From: Candidatus Zhuqueibacterota bacterium
GTDB taxonomy: Bacteria > Zhuqueibacterota > Zhuqueibacteria > Zhuqueibacterales > Geothermadaptataceae
Assembly (NCBI GenBank): GCA_015491485.1
Contig: WFVT01000025.1
Span: forward strand, 1-56,216
Length of the DNA stretch: 56,216 nt
Direction of reading: 5' to 3'
Numbering within the stretch: position 1 is the first letter of the stretch; every line of letters starts with the position of its first letter. Shown here piece by piece: positions 37,301-48,790 of the stretch. A program made the position numbers and the translations under genes. The notes below the pieces were generated by a model. That model worked only from the letters and a program-made list of their open reading frames with translations, did not search any database and was not told where the DNA came from.

Positions 37301-39006
37301 AGCTTAATAAAATTGTCAATTGCCTGCGTAAGCATGATTTCGCCTTCGGACAGCGGGATGGGCTCCAATTGCAACGACTGCCGGAGCTCGCTGCTATCCT
37401 GCATGGCCTTTTCTTTTATTTCGCTCAAGGCCAGCGGCATCACCTCTTCGCGTTCAACAGTATCTGCCGTCGCAAGGTCCTGTGCGATGGCGATGGCATT
37501 GGTGGCGGCATCTTTTTGGAATTTGGTATCCCAATACCGATTGCTGATTTGAATGTATTCATCAAACGCCGATTTCGGCATGTTCAGCCGGGTATCGAGA
37601 ATCAGTGCCATATTCCAGTGGATTTTCACGGCGTTGGTATCTTGTGGAAAATATTTCAGATATTCCCGGCTGTCTTCCACGGCTTGATAATACAGATTTT
37701 CGTCACCGGTCTCGTTGGCGGTCTGCACCAAAAGATTGATATTGGCACGCATGGCCAGTTCAGCCAGATCACGGGCGCGTTTGCGGGCCGCCTCATCATC
37801 AACACGCTGCCACCAATCCGACCCCTCCCGATAATTTTGAAACAGCGCTTTGCGGGCAAGATAGGTTTTTTGATCGTTGCCCATTTTGCGGTAAGCTTCC
37901 GCAATTTTCGCCTGGATCAATGGCGCGTCTTTCGCGTAAGGATACATCCGCAAAATGGTCTCATAAGCCTCGACGGCCATATCATATTCTTCTTTGACTT
38001 CCAGATAGGCATCGCCCATCTTTTTGAGAATATCAAAACCGTATTCTCTGCCGCCGATTTTTTCCAGATAATCGGCGACGCCATCCACCCCGCTGAAATC
38101 AAGAAAACTGATGCCGATATATTCCACCGATTCTTCTTTCAGCGCCGGGTTGGTGATGCGGTTGTAGGGATCGAACTTTCGCGCCTCTTCGATGTCATCG
38201 GCCAACATGGTGAAGTAGGAAATGGCTTTGGGGTAATCGTTTAACCGGTAATAGCTCCATCCCAGTCGATACAGCGCTTCATCATAGCGCGGGCTGTCGG
38301 TGAAAGCCAGAATCCGCTTGTAAATTTCGATGGCGCGCTCGATCTGGTTAACCGGTGGATTAAAATAATACTCCGCCTGCCGCATGAGGACTTCGGGCAT
38401 ATACCGGCTATCCGGGAACATTTCAGCAAATTTTTCATACAGCGCGAGGGCATCTTCTCGCTGCCCGGTCTCCTCTGTCAAATAGGCGATATTGTACATC
38501 GCATCGTCCAACAGCGGGCTATTGGGGAAATTGTCGATGATGTATTGATACAATGCAATGGATCGGGAATAATCTTTTTTCGGCTCTTCCGGAAGCTCGG
38601 CGATTTTGCCTTCATCATATAGCTCGAGCTGTTCTCCGTACCGTTCTTGCGCCAATTGGTAGTTTTCCTCGGCTTTTTCGAGATACAACTCAGCCAGGCG
38701 AAAAACCACTTTATCGAGTACGCGGCTGTCCGGATGATTGCGAATAAACGCTTCGAGGTCGCGTATGCCTTTATCGCGCAGCTTAATCCGTTCGGCTTCG
38801 AGGCGATCGCGTTCGGCTTCATAAAATTCTTTGTAGGACAGCAATTCATCCAGCGAATAAACGCGCAGCAATGAATCGCCCAGCGCGTCGATTTCTGTGA
38901 CCGATGCGATCGTCTGTCTGTCCTGCGCCCGGGAAACGACTGCGGCCGACAAAACCCAAATGCAGGCCAATATCCAAAGCGATGATTTTCTCATTGAAAA
39001 TACCAT
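34342..39006 (-). CDS. Very large periplasmic TPR protein (GltD/AgmU-like) with C-terminal jelly-roll/carbohydrate-binding-like domain
   Basis: Signal peptide ...VSRA-Q; many TPRs (FPNSPLLDDAMYNIA, YDEALYRLGWSYY, FADLALFNAG); C-terminal TDETWK...FDDSGW...ADDGYQLYVNGEF...GKNRIA. Confidence 0.85.
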   Translation of the reverse strand: MVFSMRKSSLWILACIWVLSAAVVSRAQDRQTIASVTEIDALGDSLLRVYSLDELLSYKEFYEAERDRLEAERIKLRDKGIRDLEAFIRNHPDSRVLDKVVFRLAELYLEKAEENYQLAQERYGEQLELYDEGKIAELPEEPKKDYSRSIALYQYIIDNFPNSPLLDDAMYNIAYLTEETGQREDALALYEKFAEMFPDSRYMPEVLMRQAEYYFNPPVNQIERAIEIYKRILAFTDSPRYDEALYRLGWSYYRLNDYPKAISYFTMLADDIEEARKFDPYNRITNPALKEESVEYIGISFLDFSGVDGVADYLEKIGGREYGFDILKKMGDAYLEVKEEYDMAVEAYETILRMYPYAKDAPLIQAKIAEAYRKMGNDQKTYLARKALFQNYREGSDWWQRVDDEAARKRARDLAELAMRANINLLVQTANETGDENLYYQAVEDSREYLKYFPQDTNAVKIHWNMALILDTRLNMPKSAFDEYIQISNRYWDTKFQKDAATNAIAIAQDLATADTVEREEVMPLALSEIKEKAMQDSSELRQSLQLEPIPLSEGEIMLTQAIDNFIKLFPFDDDTPERLSQAGSIYYNKNHFVDALKYFKTLLKHFPEHPLAEYAEYLVMESYFGKLDYKSVEIVARRLRQKANNPEYAAKANQRLAEAIFLQAENLADLEKHFRAAEEYRRVAEEVPDAEFADLALFNAGLEYDRAREYGLAVEVYATLTQRFPQSQYYISALNNMALDYGELKDYTNAALTFERLAEEDPDSAKAETHLYNASVFYVKAEDWSRAIRVNKKFVDRYPNSQDADDLFYDIATYYLKLGDLDKANDIYGDYARRFPDSPRVVETHFRRGEYFESRGQIDQARQEYEQAIQKSEAFARAGKDANDFFAAEALFRLTELQFDEYSQIEFKLPPERMAEAKKRKKEMLLEIVDNYARVAAYGTLRLYESTFKIGLAYENFAETWANQDIPEAQLEKRIVAKKEINETAAQLYERALEAYKNSREVLTRISEQYRKTMSNGDSLSTSQAGQKISFADSTLQIAQRWIDRSNEKISEVIYDIAEINYSSVQQLLNAPLPPGLDKITSLEFRNQLIGKFVRPLVDEIVQAHARNLAEAEELGLDNQWVESSRSKIISTNSLIAEEYSKLAWEALQGYQDRVPAYLSTLPEDNVMALGIADEMANFIDFSNAFAKATILAYENTLETALKRGIQNYDLLHTEEALFRFVNRFSQKLDSLAAETNRHRKTFEARLRQAGEDYLEDGLFTFEDNYFSLLDAKKEVLEQGFAAVQKYQLQNEDTEDIVLALVRSNPEEYAGILGLDIYDFTLGTDETWKASVEPDSNWTDAEFDDSGWAAAVVVDSSRAFSGYPVKRIWFRWPAISAPVDSGAFRMEADSLVADSTALSAETTFADSSRPETKVAIDSTHIETAMHSSDQPPVYQVYFSKPFEVPGLPVMAQIQIVADDGYQLYVNGEFISEARFDSAQTAPQVHDFTDFLVSGKNRIALFVHDDDRTGGGIEALVFLKSLPGWAKREAEIRVQKKREQENLLFDKGILPKVN

Positions 39007-39009
39007 GAT

Positions 39010-41919
39010 TTACAATATTTCACTCGACCCCTTGCTGCTCTGCTGTTGAACCGGCAGTTCCGTGGTGGTAGTATCAAAATAGAGTTTCTCAAATATCTTT
39101 TCATGCTCCAACTTTCTTAGCCGAAGCTGTTCCGCCTCCAGCTCTTCCCGGATGCGTTCCATTTCCGCGTCAAAACGGGCGAGTCGTTCTTCCAGTGCTT
39201 TCCGGCGGCGCCGCATCAGTTCTTCAATAAATATGACATTCTGGGTATATTGCGAAATTTTTTCATCGCGCTTCTGAATTTCCTGCATGGTAATATCGCT
39301 TAATCCGAAACCAGAAAAGTCGGCCCAATGATCGAAATCGGTCGAGATTTCCTCGACCTCGTGTTCACTGAGCCAGGTTTGAAACCGGTCCATTCGATCC
39401 CGCAACCGCTCCAGGTCTTCCTGAAGCGCTACCAGATCGATTTGGCTGGCCTTATCAGGATGCTTCCGAACCAGTTCGCGGGCCTTTTGCAGCGCTTTTT
39501 CAATTCGGGCTTTTTCCAGTTCCATATCACGCAACATGTCCTGCAGCACCCGCTTGCGGTATTTGCTGGCACTTTCCCGCGTCGCCAGGGGATAATCAAT
39601 AAAATAATTGACATGCTCGATTTCCCGATCCGCCTGATAGGTCATCAAGGCTTTGATCAACCGTTCTCTTTGGGCGACCGCGGTTTTCACCACTTCGGTT
39701 TTGCCGGCTTTGCGCGCTTCAGCAATGATTTGCTCCAGCTCCTGAATCTGCCGGTAAATCGCCTGCCGTTCGGAATCGAACTCCTGAATCAGAGTGCTGC
39801 CAATCCCGCCTTCATAGCCGAGATTCAAAATTTGCTTTTGCAATTCAAATTTAATTTGGGATATCACTTCGTAGAGCTGACGGTCCTGCCGATCCAGCAC
39901 CTTTTTTTCCATTTCTTCAAGCTCATCGAGCTGCTCCAGCAATCTGCGGCGCTCTTCATTATAACGATTGGCAATATCCAGCACACCGCGGGCATTGGCC
40001 ACATATCGCAAATCTTTTAGCGCATCATCCGGCTGATTCAGAAGCCGCTTGCAATGGGCGGCAAGCACCAGTGCTTCATAGGTATAATTGCTGGAAAGGT
40101 AGTTGCCAAACAGTTCATTCACCACCCGGATGGCTTCCTCGTATTCGCCGTTTTTCATATGGGCCCAGGCGAGGCCTACCAAAACCTTATCGCGTTCCTC
40201 CACGCCCCGGCTGATCCGGTTCAGGTATTGAAGCGCTTTTTCATATTCGCCGCGATCGTAATAAATGTAGCCCAATTTCAGGAGCGCATTGTTTTTCAGT
40301 TCCGCCAGCAACGGATCTGACCAGGGCAGCAAGTCAGAATCCACCAGCAGACTGAAAATGCGGGTGGCGCCCTCATAAGCCCCGCGGTTGGCCAGAGCCA
40401 ATCCGGTTAAATACAAGCCCGGAAAATAGTATTTGGAACCTTTTTCAATTTTGGTCAGTGCATCTTCCGCCGAACGCGTATCGCGATTTTGAAGGAAATA
40501 GTATCCGGCAAGATAATAGATGCGGTTACGGATTTTGGGATGCACCTCGTCGGCGAATGTCTTGAACTGCTCGAATAAACGGTAGAAATCATCTTTGTGT
40601 TTGAGGGTTTGCGCAATGGTCAGCATGCGCAGATAGGCTTCATCCCGGAAACGGGTATCCGGATAATCTGCGAGGAGCGTTTTATAGCCTTCGTAGGCTT
40701 GCTCATAAAACAACTGCGCATATTGCGCCTCGGCGCGGTAAAAATAAACCGCTTCCATTTTCGGAAAATACGGCCGATAATCTGCGATAATTTCATTAAA
40801 CTGGAGCTCGGCCAACCGGTAATCGCCGTCCGCATAATTGAGCAAAGCATCATTTATATCGCGTTCCAGCATGCGGGAACGTTCCCGGTCTTCGCCGCTC
40901 TCCAGCAGGAAAACCTTCATCACCTTGTATTCCGTAAACTTCGCCTCCCATTGGCTCAGCCGGGCTTTTCGCCATTCGTCGAACATTTGACTGACGGTCG
41001 GACCCTGAAGCGGCAGATAATCGGTATAGCCAAACAGTTTCAGCAGACGCCGGTCCATCCGTGACAGCAGTTCCCGGCGGAGCACTTCCACCTCGGTCAG
41101 GACTTCGGGATCCGTCTGTCCGGCTTCTTTTTGCAGCTCTTCCAATTCTTCCAGCACACGGATGGTCTTTTGCACTTCGTTAAAATATTCATCCGCCAGT
41201 TTTTGCTTCAGACTGTCGCTTTGTGTGCTGTCGCCGACCGCGATAATTTGTAAGATACGCCGTTTCTGCCGGTCGATTCGTTCCAAAAGATCATAGTCAT
41301 TTAACCGCCGGGCGGCTTTTTCCATTTCATTCAAGCGCTGATAAAACTGCTTAAAATAATCCAATTCAAAATCATATTCTTTCAGCAGTGAGCTGATGTA
41401 TCCATACGTAGCCGGTAATTTTTTAAACAGGTCACGGTTGTCAATCACCGCTTCCAGAGAGTCTTTCAGGGATGCGAACAGGTCCGCCATACCGTAACGC
41501 TGTTCGCGCACCATCAGCTCTTCCAGCTCGCTGATTTCAGCAATCAGGGTTTGAATGCGTTTAATTTCTTCGTTATAAGATTGGACCATAGCCTCAATGT
41601 CGCCATAGAGCCGGGTAAAACCGGGCTGATCCTCGAGGATCGCTTTGGCGCCGCGGCTTTTCATTTCCGCCGCAATGTTCTGGATCAACTGCAGGAGCAT
41701 CTTCTCTTTGACGACCATTTCCTGCAGAAAATCCTTACTCTGCTCGTCAAGATAAAACCGCAGACGATCCTCGAAATCCACCTGAATCAGTTCTTCCGTC
41801 TCTTGGGAATGTTGAGCCAGCAACGGAGATGCACTTCCCGCCAGGAGTACCAACATGAATAAGACCGTAAGGAAAAAAGGCGGAAGGCTATGCTGAACTC
41901 TCCCTAGTTCCTTGCGCAT
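39010..41919 (-). CDS. Large exported TPR / coiled-coil protein (possibly GltC-like)
   Basis: Signal peptide ...PLLA-Q; central TPRs (ALLKLGYIYYDRGEYEKAL, VLVGLAWAH) flanked by long coiled coils. Confidence 0.85.
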   Translation of the reverse strand: MRKELGRVQHSLPPFFLTVLFMLVLLAGSASPLLAQHSQETEELIQVDFEDRLRFYLDEQSKDFLQEMVVKEKMLLQLIQNIAAEMKSRGAKAILEDQPGFTRLYGDIEAMVQSYNEEIKRIQTLIAEISELEELMVREQRYGMADLFASLKDSLEAVIDNRDLFKKLPATYGYISSLLKEYDFELDYFKQFYQRLNEMEKAARRLNDYDLLERIDRQKRRILQIIAVGDSTQSDSLKQKLADEYFNEVQKTIRVLEELEELQKEAGQTDPEVLTEVEVLRRELLSRMDRRLLKLFGYTDYLPLQGPTVSQMFDEWRKARLSQWEAKFTEYKVMKVFLLESGEDRERSRMLERDINDALLNYADGDYRLAELQFNEIIADYRPYFPKMEAVYFYRAEAQYAQLFYEQAYEGYKTLLADYPDTRFRDEAYLRMLTIAQTLKHKDDFYRLFEQFKTFADEVHPKIRNRIYYLAGYYFLQNRDTRSAEDALTKIEKGSKYYFPGLYLTGLALANRGAYEGATRIFSLLVDSDLLPWSDPLLAELKNNALLKLGYIYYDRGEYEKALQYLNRISRGVEERDKVLVGLAWAHMKNGEYEEAIRVVNELFGNYLSSNYTYEALVLAAHCKRLLNQPDDALKDLRYVANARGVLDIANRYNEERRRLLEQLDELEEMEKKVLDRQDRQLYEVISQIKFELQKQILNLGYEGGIGSTLIQEFDSERQAIYRQIQELEQIIAEARKAGKTEVVKTAVAQRERLIKALMTYQADREIEHVNYFIDYPLATRESASKYRKRVLQDMLRDMELEKARIEKALQKARELVRKHPDKASQIDLVALQEDLERLRDRMDRFQTWLSEHEVEEISTDFDHWADFSGFGLSDITMQEIQKRDEKISQYTQNVIFIEELMRRRRKALEERLARFDAEMERIREELEAEQLRLRKLEHEKIFEKLYFDTTTTELPVQQQSSKGSSEIL

Positions 41920-42020
41920 TATAGCCCTCGTTGATTAGAGGTAGGCAATCCAGGAAAGACCCGCTTCCGCGTTACCCTGAACCCGTCCAACACTGCGATA
42001 GCCCTTGAACTCCAAATGTA

Positions 42021-42238
42021 AATCGTCCTCAACTCAAAAAAGTTTAGAGCCCTCAATCTTCTGTTCATCTCGCTGATCGGAAACCGGCTCACGATTTTCT
42101 GCAAGATGAACCCGAATTGATGAGCTGCGAGCACCAGGTCATGCGGGCTGCGCCTGAATTCGAAATCCAAAGTAGCATTGGGCGCAATTACCGCAAATTT
42201 ACAGAAACCCACATTCCTTATATACCCGCAGGACGATT
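42021..42238 (-). ncRNA. Candidate structured leader RNA of the Agl-Glt-like operon
   Basis: Nested helices AATCGTCCT/AGGACGATT, GCGGGT/GCCCGC, TGCGCC/GGCGCA, GTTCATCTTGC/GCGAGATGAAC; G-U pairs favour the minus strand. Confidence 0.45.
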
Positions 42239-42451
42239 CGAACACAGAAAGAAAATATCGATTAATTCAGGATAACGCCTGAGGTCGGGACAAAATCCTT
42301 TTTGCCACCGCCCGGGTATTTAAGGCGATTCCAGATGACGTTTTACCTTTTCAATTTGTGGGAAAGTGAATGATGACTGCATCATGCAGCCGGGCATCGA
42401 GCCAGATACAACTGCTTTTCAAAATTTCATCGGTTACAGTAACCGGTATCA

Positions 42452-42678
42452 CTACATATCCGCCCTTCCTATGACTTACACATCAAAAGAAAGGGGGCAT
42501 TGATTTCCGGTTAATATAGGCACAGGATCGAAGAAGGCAAAATTAAATTATTGTTACCTTTGGACGCGATGAAATGTCCAGCCGCTCGGCCATAGAATGC
42601 GCCGCCACGTCGGGTTTGCCATTGAAAAATTGAAAGACTACGCGATCGACAGGAGGCATAGGAAGGGCCCCCCTGTAG
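42452..42678. repeat. Imperfect 22-bp inverted repeats (perfect 12-bp core) bracketing a promoter-like sequence
   Basis: CTACA-N5-GCCCTTCCTATG at 42452-42473 and CATAGGAAGGGC-N5-TGTAG at 42657-42678. Confidence 0.7.
42513..42540 (-). promoter_or_regulatory. Putative sigma70 promoter facing the Agl-Glt-like operon
   Basis: TTGCCT-16-TATATT with AT-rich UP-like tract upstream; same -35 as the sprA promoter candidate. Confidence 0.5.
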
Positions 42679-43037
42679 AAAAGCATCCGTCCGGTAAACT
42701 GTATCTTTTTATGTTGGCCCGAGGCCTCTGGACGAGGGGGTGCGCGGCGGGGACGCCTTGCGTTCGTTTGCAATGTCGGCGGAGTCGCCCTCGCTTGTGA
42801 TGGTGCTTTTGGCGAGAACGCCTTTGCGCTATACGACCGCTGAGGATGTCTTCGTGACCTGAAAATCAACCTGTACTTCACCGCACGGATACCAGAGAAC
42901 AAGCAATCGAAATAAGCCTTCCGCGGGGAAACGACTATCTTGTTTTTGTGGAGGAGCGCTGATTTACCGGTAGAACCTCGCTTCGCCTCACTTTTTCTGA
43001 TTGCAAGGCACACAGCGACAGCGAATGCGATTGGACG

Positions 43038-43072
43038 AAAAAAGCCACAGCGGGTGGTTCCACTGTGGCTTT
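43038..43072 (-). terminator. Intrinsic terminator of the atp operon
   Basis: AGCCACAGTGG/CCGCTGTGGCT stem followed by a T-run, just after atpC. Confidence 0.88.
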
Positions 43073-43099
43073 GCTGTTCGAAATCGGACTCCAGACGGC

Positions 43100-43513
43100 T
43101 TAGGAACCGACTCGGCTTGCGACTTTCAGCCGGTTAAGCGCCCGAGCCAGCGCAGCCTGTGCTCGATCAACATCCCAGACCTTTTTGCCTTCAGCCAGAC
43201 GCTTCAGGGCGCGTTCTTTGGCGGCTTCTGCCCGCTGAACGTCGATCTCGTTGGCTGCTTCGGCGCTTTCAGCTAAAATGGTAACCCGGTCCGGTAAAAC
43301 TTCGGCAAAGCCACCGGAGGTGGCAAAATACAATTCCTCCGAGTCGGTCTTCACTTTAATCTCGCCGATCCGAATCGAAGCGACCATGGGAGCATGACGC
43401 GCCAGCACACCGAAATAACCTTCAAATCCAGGCGCGATCACGCTTGTGGCTTCGCCGCTATACACCTTCCGGAACGGTGTGGTGATTTCAAAAAGAAAAC
43501 GGTTTTCAGCCAT
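43100..43513 (-). CDS. atpC: ATP synthase F1 subunit epsilon
   Basis: EITTP, GYFGVLARHAP, SGGFAEV, EIDVQRAE. Confidence 0.97.
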   Translation of the reverse strand: MAENRFLFEITTPFRKVYSGEATSVIAPGFEGYFGVLARHAPMVASIRIGEIKVKTDSEELYFATSGGFAEVLPDRVTILAESAEAANEIDVQRAEAAKERALKRLAEGKKVWDVDRAQAALARALNRLKVASRVGS

Positions 43514-43539
43514 GGATTTTGTCTTTATGCTTTCGTGGT

Positions 43540-44955
<1,416 letters not shown>

Positions 44956-44967
44956 TCACCTTATGGT

Positions 44968-45843
44968 TTATTTCAATGCTTCTGCACCACCAACAATTTC
45001 GGTAATTTCCTTGGTAATGGTCGCCTGACGCACTTTATTGTAATACAGCGTCAGGTTGTAGATCATTTCCTGGGCATTGTCCGTGGCCGATTCCATCGCC
45101 ACCATTCGTGCCCCTTGCTCGGCATAATAGGACTCCAGCAATGCGCGCCAGATTTTAACATTCAAACTTTTCGGGCACAGCTCATGCAACAGAGTCTCCG
45201 GATCCGGCTCGAAAATATACTCAAAATGGTAAGCCGATCCGGTTTCCTCTTCCGGCTCATCCGGCACAATGGGAAGAAACTGCTCTACCACCACCTTCTG
45301 CTTAACCGGACTCAAAGCTTCCGCGCGAACGATATAAATCAGATCCAGCTCTTTCTCCAGAAACCGTTTGCCAAGTGAACCGGAAATATCGGTGGCGTAC
45401 CCGAATTGCAGTTGATTGAAAATATTTATGAGCTTATAATCGATTGTGTATCCTCTGCGGGAGAAAAAATCGAACACTTTCTTGCCGATCGCCGCGATTC
45501 GAACATCATATCCCTGTTCGATTTGAGCGTCGATCTCATTTTTCGCCCGCCGGAGAATATTGGCATTGAAACTCCCACAAAGCCCGCGATCCGCTGCTAC
45601 CACAATGTATCCGATCCTTTGGACCTCTTCGCGGGTTTCCAGATAGGGATTCAATTGATGATTAATTCGGGCGGCCACATGCCGGAGCATCTTATCCAGC
45701 CCCACGGCATAGGGACGCAACTGCTCCAACTGCTCCTGAGCCCGACGCAATTTCGCCGCGGCCACCATTTTCATGGCCTTGGTGATTTGCTGGGTGCTCT
45801 TAACGGAATTGATCCGTCTGCGAATATCCCTTAATGTCGCCAC
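44968..45843 (-). CDS. atpG: ATP synthase F1 subunit gamma
   Basis: ITKAMKMVAAAKL, DRGLCG, RQATITKEI. Confidence 0.98.
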   Translation of the reverse strand: MATLRDIRRRINSVKSTQQITKAMKMVAAAKLRRAQEQLEQLRPYAVGLDKMLRHVAARINHQLNPYLETREEVQRIGYIVVAADRGLCGSFNANILRRAKNEIDAQIEQGYDVRIAAIGKKVFDFFSRRGYTIDYKLINIFNQLQFGYATDISGSLGKRFLEKELDLIYIVRAEALSPVKQKVVVEQFLPIVPDEPEEETGSAYHFEYIFEPDPETLLHELCPKSLNVKIWRALLESYYAEQGARMVAMESATDNAQEMIYNLTLYYNKVRQATITKEITEIVGGAEALK

Positions 45844-45846
45844 GGT

Positions 45847-47929
<2,083 letters not shown>

Positions 47930-47933
<4 letters not shown>

Positions 47934-48424
47934 TTCGAATCTCCGATTTCTTTTAAGGCTTCCTGTACCAAGGCTTCATGGTCTTTCGGGGTCAAAGCCT
48001 TGCCAATCGCCTTTCTCGTCGCTAACAGCGAGAGATCAACCGCCAATTTCTTGATCTCATCGACCGCCTTCTCACGTTCCAGAGCGATTTCCTTTTTGGC
48101 TCGCTCCAGGAGCCGGTCCGCTTCTTTTTTCGCATTCTCAATGATCTCTTCCCGCATGGTCTCTGCGGTTTTCCGGCTCCGCTCAATAATCTCCTGGGAC
48201 TCGGCTCGCGCCTTCTCCAGCATCGCCTGGTATTCCGCGATGTTTTTCTCGGCCTGTCGTTGCGCTTCTTCCGCTTTTTCCAGCGATTCACGAATGCGTT
48301 TTTCGCGTTCGTTTAATGCCGAGACCAGCGGCTTCCAGGCGAGTTTTCCCAGGACAAAAAGCAAGAGCAAAAACGTCAGGGCGGTCCAAAACATGGTGCC
48401 CGCTTGTGGACTGAGAAGATCCAT
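47930..48424 (-). CDS. atpF: ATP synthase Fo subunit b
   Basis: N-terminal TM, AWKPLVSALNERE, long charged helix. Confidence 0.96.
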
Positions 48425-48442
48425 GGTTTAACCCGTGTTAGA

Positions 48443-48670
48443 TTATTTAATGGCCAACAAGAAGCAGATCACGAGTGCGAACAGCGCCACACCTTCGATC
48501 ATGGCTGCGGTCAGAATCATCAGACCACGAATATCACCCGCTGCTTCCGGCTGCCGTGCAATACTTTCCATTGCGGCACTTGCCAGCTTACCGATACCCA
48601 AAGCACCACCAATCGTCGAGCCCGCGGCTCCGATACCTGCTGCCAGGAAGGCCATTGCTACGTCAGTCAT
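48443..48670 (-). CDS. atpE: ATP synthase Fo subunit c (probably H+-type)
   Basis: ARQPE loop; MIEGVALF lacks the Q...E(S/T) Na+-binding signature. Confidence 0.97.
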   Translation of the reverse strand: MTDVAMAFLAAGIGAAGSTIGGALGIGKLASAAMESIARQPEAAGDIRGLMILTAAMIEGVALFALVICFLLAIK

Positions 48671-48790
48671 GTATCCTCCTCATTTCCTTTAAGAGTTCAT
48701 GAAAAAGGGTTTTCTATTGTGAGATGGATTTATAGAATGATGGACAGAACGCCGGTTTTCCGGCCATTCTGCCGGGTTTTCTCTCTCAAA

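Noticed and set aside
41919..42245. 108-aa ORF abutting the first TPR gene
   Set aside because: No RBS or protein-like motif; overlaps the structured leader. Not fully excluded
42462..42668. 6S RNA or MITE reading of the inverted repeat
   Set aside because: Interior does not pair as a continuous rod; no target-site duplication or second copy in the window
42597..42916. Short broken ORFs downstream of the atp terminator as a pseudogene or recombinase remnant
   Set aside because: No recognisable family motif in the frames read
48443..48670. Na+-translocating or N-type ATPase
   Set aside because: Canonical gene order with separate delta subunit; c-subunit lacks the Na+-binding Gln and Ser/Thr
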